From: Gammaproteobacteria bacterium
GTDB lineage: Bacteria > Pseudomonadota > Gammaproteobacteria > SZUA-229
Assembly: GCA_026995045.1 (NCBI GenBank)
Contig: JALWPK010000050.1
Location: 11,805-75,804, forward strand
DNA: 64,000 bases
Direction of reading: 5' to 3'
The notes under the pieces: generated by a model
Told to the model about the DNA's origin: nothing
Databases searched by the model: none
What the model saw: only the letters and a program-made list of their open reading frames with translations
Part shown: positions 63,395 to 64,000 of the stretch, one piece after another
Layout: each line of letters starts with the position of its first letter
Position numbering within the stretch: position 1 is the first letter of the stretch
Made by a program: the position numbers and the translations under genes

Positions 63395-63509
63395 TTAAGG
63401 AAACTCTGATTTATTCAGAGTTTCTGCGGCACTCGGATGTGCCGCCATTTTCAGCAACTAATAAGCTGTTGAAAATGAAGAAAAAGGTAAAATCGCATTT
63501 TACCTTTTT
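63395..63509 (+). repeat. structured non-coding element, copy B (four consecutive hairpins, the last terminator-like)
   Basis: Hairpins are GGAAACTCTGA/TCAGAGTTTC, GCGGCAC tcggat GTGCCGC, CATTTTCA...TGAAAATG and GGTAAAAT cgc ATTTTACC. The last is followed by TTTTT (63505-63509). Positions 63395-63475 are homologous to 18431-18511. Confidence 0.55.
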
Positions 63510-63512
63510 CGT

Positions 63513-63553
63513 GCTCTGATAATTCAGGGATGAATTATTCAGAGCATCCTTAA
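63513..63553. repeat. degenerate palindromic unit related to the ACTCTGA...TCAGAGT family
   Basis: GCTCTGATAATTCA ggga TGAATTATTCAGAGC ATCCTTAA. The right half resembles TTTATTCAGAGTTTCCTTAA at 59629-59648. Confidence 0.4.
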
Positions 63554-64000
63554 TAATCCTCATGCGACACGATACACGTTGAACATGCTGCTGATGGTGC
63601 TCATATATGCTGCATAAACTATGCATTTTCCTTGTCTCGCATTTGTCTGAGACTTTTTCACTAACCTGCGCTGTTATTTCACACCTGACATTACCAGACA
63701 CACAAACATGCTCAGCGTAAACTCAGCATTATTGACATGGCAATATTGTTAATCGGACTCACCATCCGCATGCACTACATAGTATATACCCTGCAATGCA
63801 AAAATTGGTTAAATTTTCCCAATAAATTTATGGCATCGCAATTCCATGTCACAAGCGTACGCATTGTCACGAATACAGTGAGTACTGGCGGGTTGTATGA
63901 CGAAATAATTGGCCAGAACCTCATGATTTGTTCGCCCCTGTATAGTGATGCATGGATGCACCGTGCGAATCTAAGGATAGAGTTATCGATGTGAAAAAGA

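Noticed and set aside
59620-63425. The segment bracketed by the palindrome copies, considered as a composite transposon.
   Set aside because: There is no transposase or integrase inside and no visible target-site duplication, and the repeat is itself a hairpin that also occurs elsewhere. I kept it only as a low-interest observation.
1-64000. CRISPR arrays, tRNA, tmRNA and rRNA genes.
   Set aside because: No regularly spaced direct repeats are present. No intergenic region showed a tRNA-like GGTTCGA(A/T)TCC T-arm or a cloverleaf-sized conserved block. This was a manual scan only; tRNAscan-SE and Infernal would be decisive.
63560-64000. ORFs 63411..63701(-) and 63737..63994(+), and a minus-strand frame open from the window edge down to the stop at 63775-63777.
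   Set aside because: The region is AT-rich. The translations have no motifs and odd composition, and 63411..63701 runs through the palindromic repeats. I treat it as non-coding, although a gene fragment entering from beyond the window cannot be excluded.

Overview
This 64-kb window looks like a chromosomal segment of a moderately GC-rich, Gammaproteobacteria-like genome. That guess rests on gene order only: rpe-gph-trpE-trpGDC, gltA, hrpA, mutM, mscS. About 70 protein genes are supported. I saw no rRNA, tRNA or CRISPR array. Most of the window is housekeeping or envelope genes. It is interrupted by visibly AT-richer accessory patches: (1) a dcm-vsr pair followed by a DUF2141-like protein and a lipoprotein (15.3-18.7 kb). 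(2) A translationally coupled PIN-nuclease gene plus a 248-aa unknown partner, next to a truncated IS1595-type transposase (34.4-36.0 kb); this is my best candidate for an undescribed toxin-antitoxin or defence-like module. (3) An ~9-kb array (48.1-56.8 kb) with a LuxR-type regulator carrying a degenerate receiver, three secreted proteins ending in VPxPA/PEP-CTERM-type sorting tails (two are large beta-helix-like repeat proteins), and a secreted metzincin protease; the array has paralogous upstream regions and intercistronic hairpins, and no exosortase lies in the window. (4) A coupled hypothetical/DUF5666-like lipoprotein pair, and an operon of outer-membrane barrel, small periplasmic binding-like protein and GGDEF-EAL protein bracketed by copies of a palindromic repeat (57.2-63.5 kb). 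Other points worth a second look: a trp leader peptide (MMFSEQHKASGHSWRW) with an attenuator hairpin upstream of trpE; a SPOR-domain coiled-coil gene split by a single in-frame TAA; a frameshifted lipoprotein gene; a Gly/Tyr/Pro-rich secreted protein whose composition resembles sulfur-globule envelope proteins; a bacterial animal-type heme peroxidase; an ArsR-rhodanese fusion; and a structured non-coding repeat family with two ~80-nt homologous copies. All calls come from reading the ORF translations and the DNA by eye. No database search was run.
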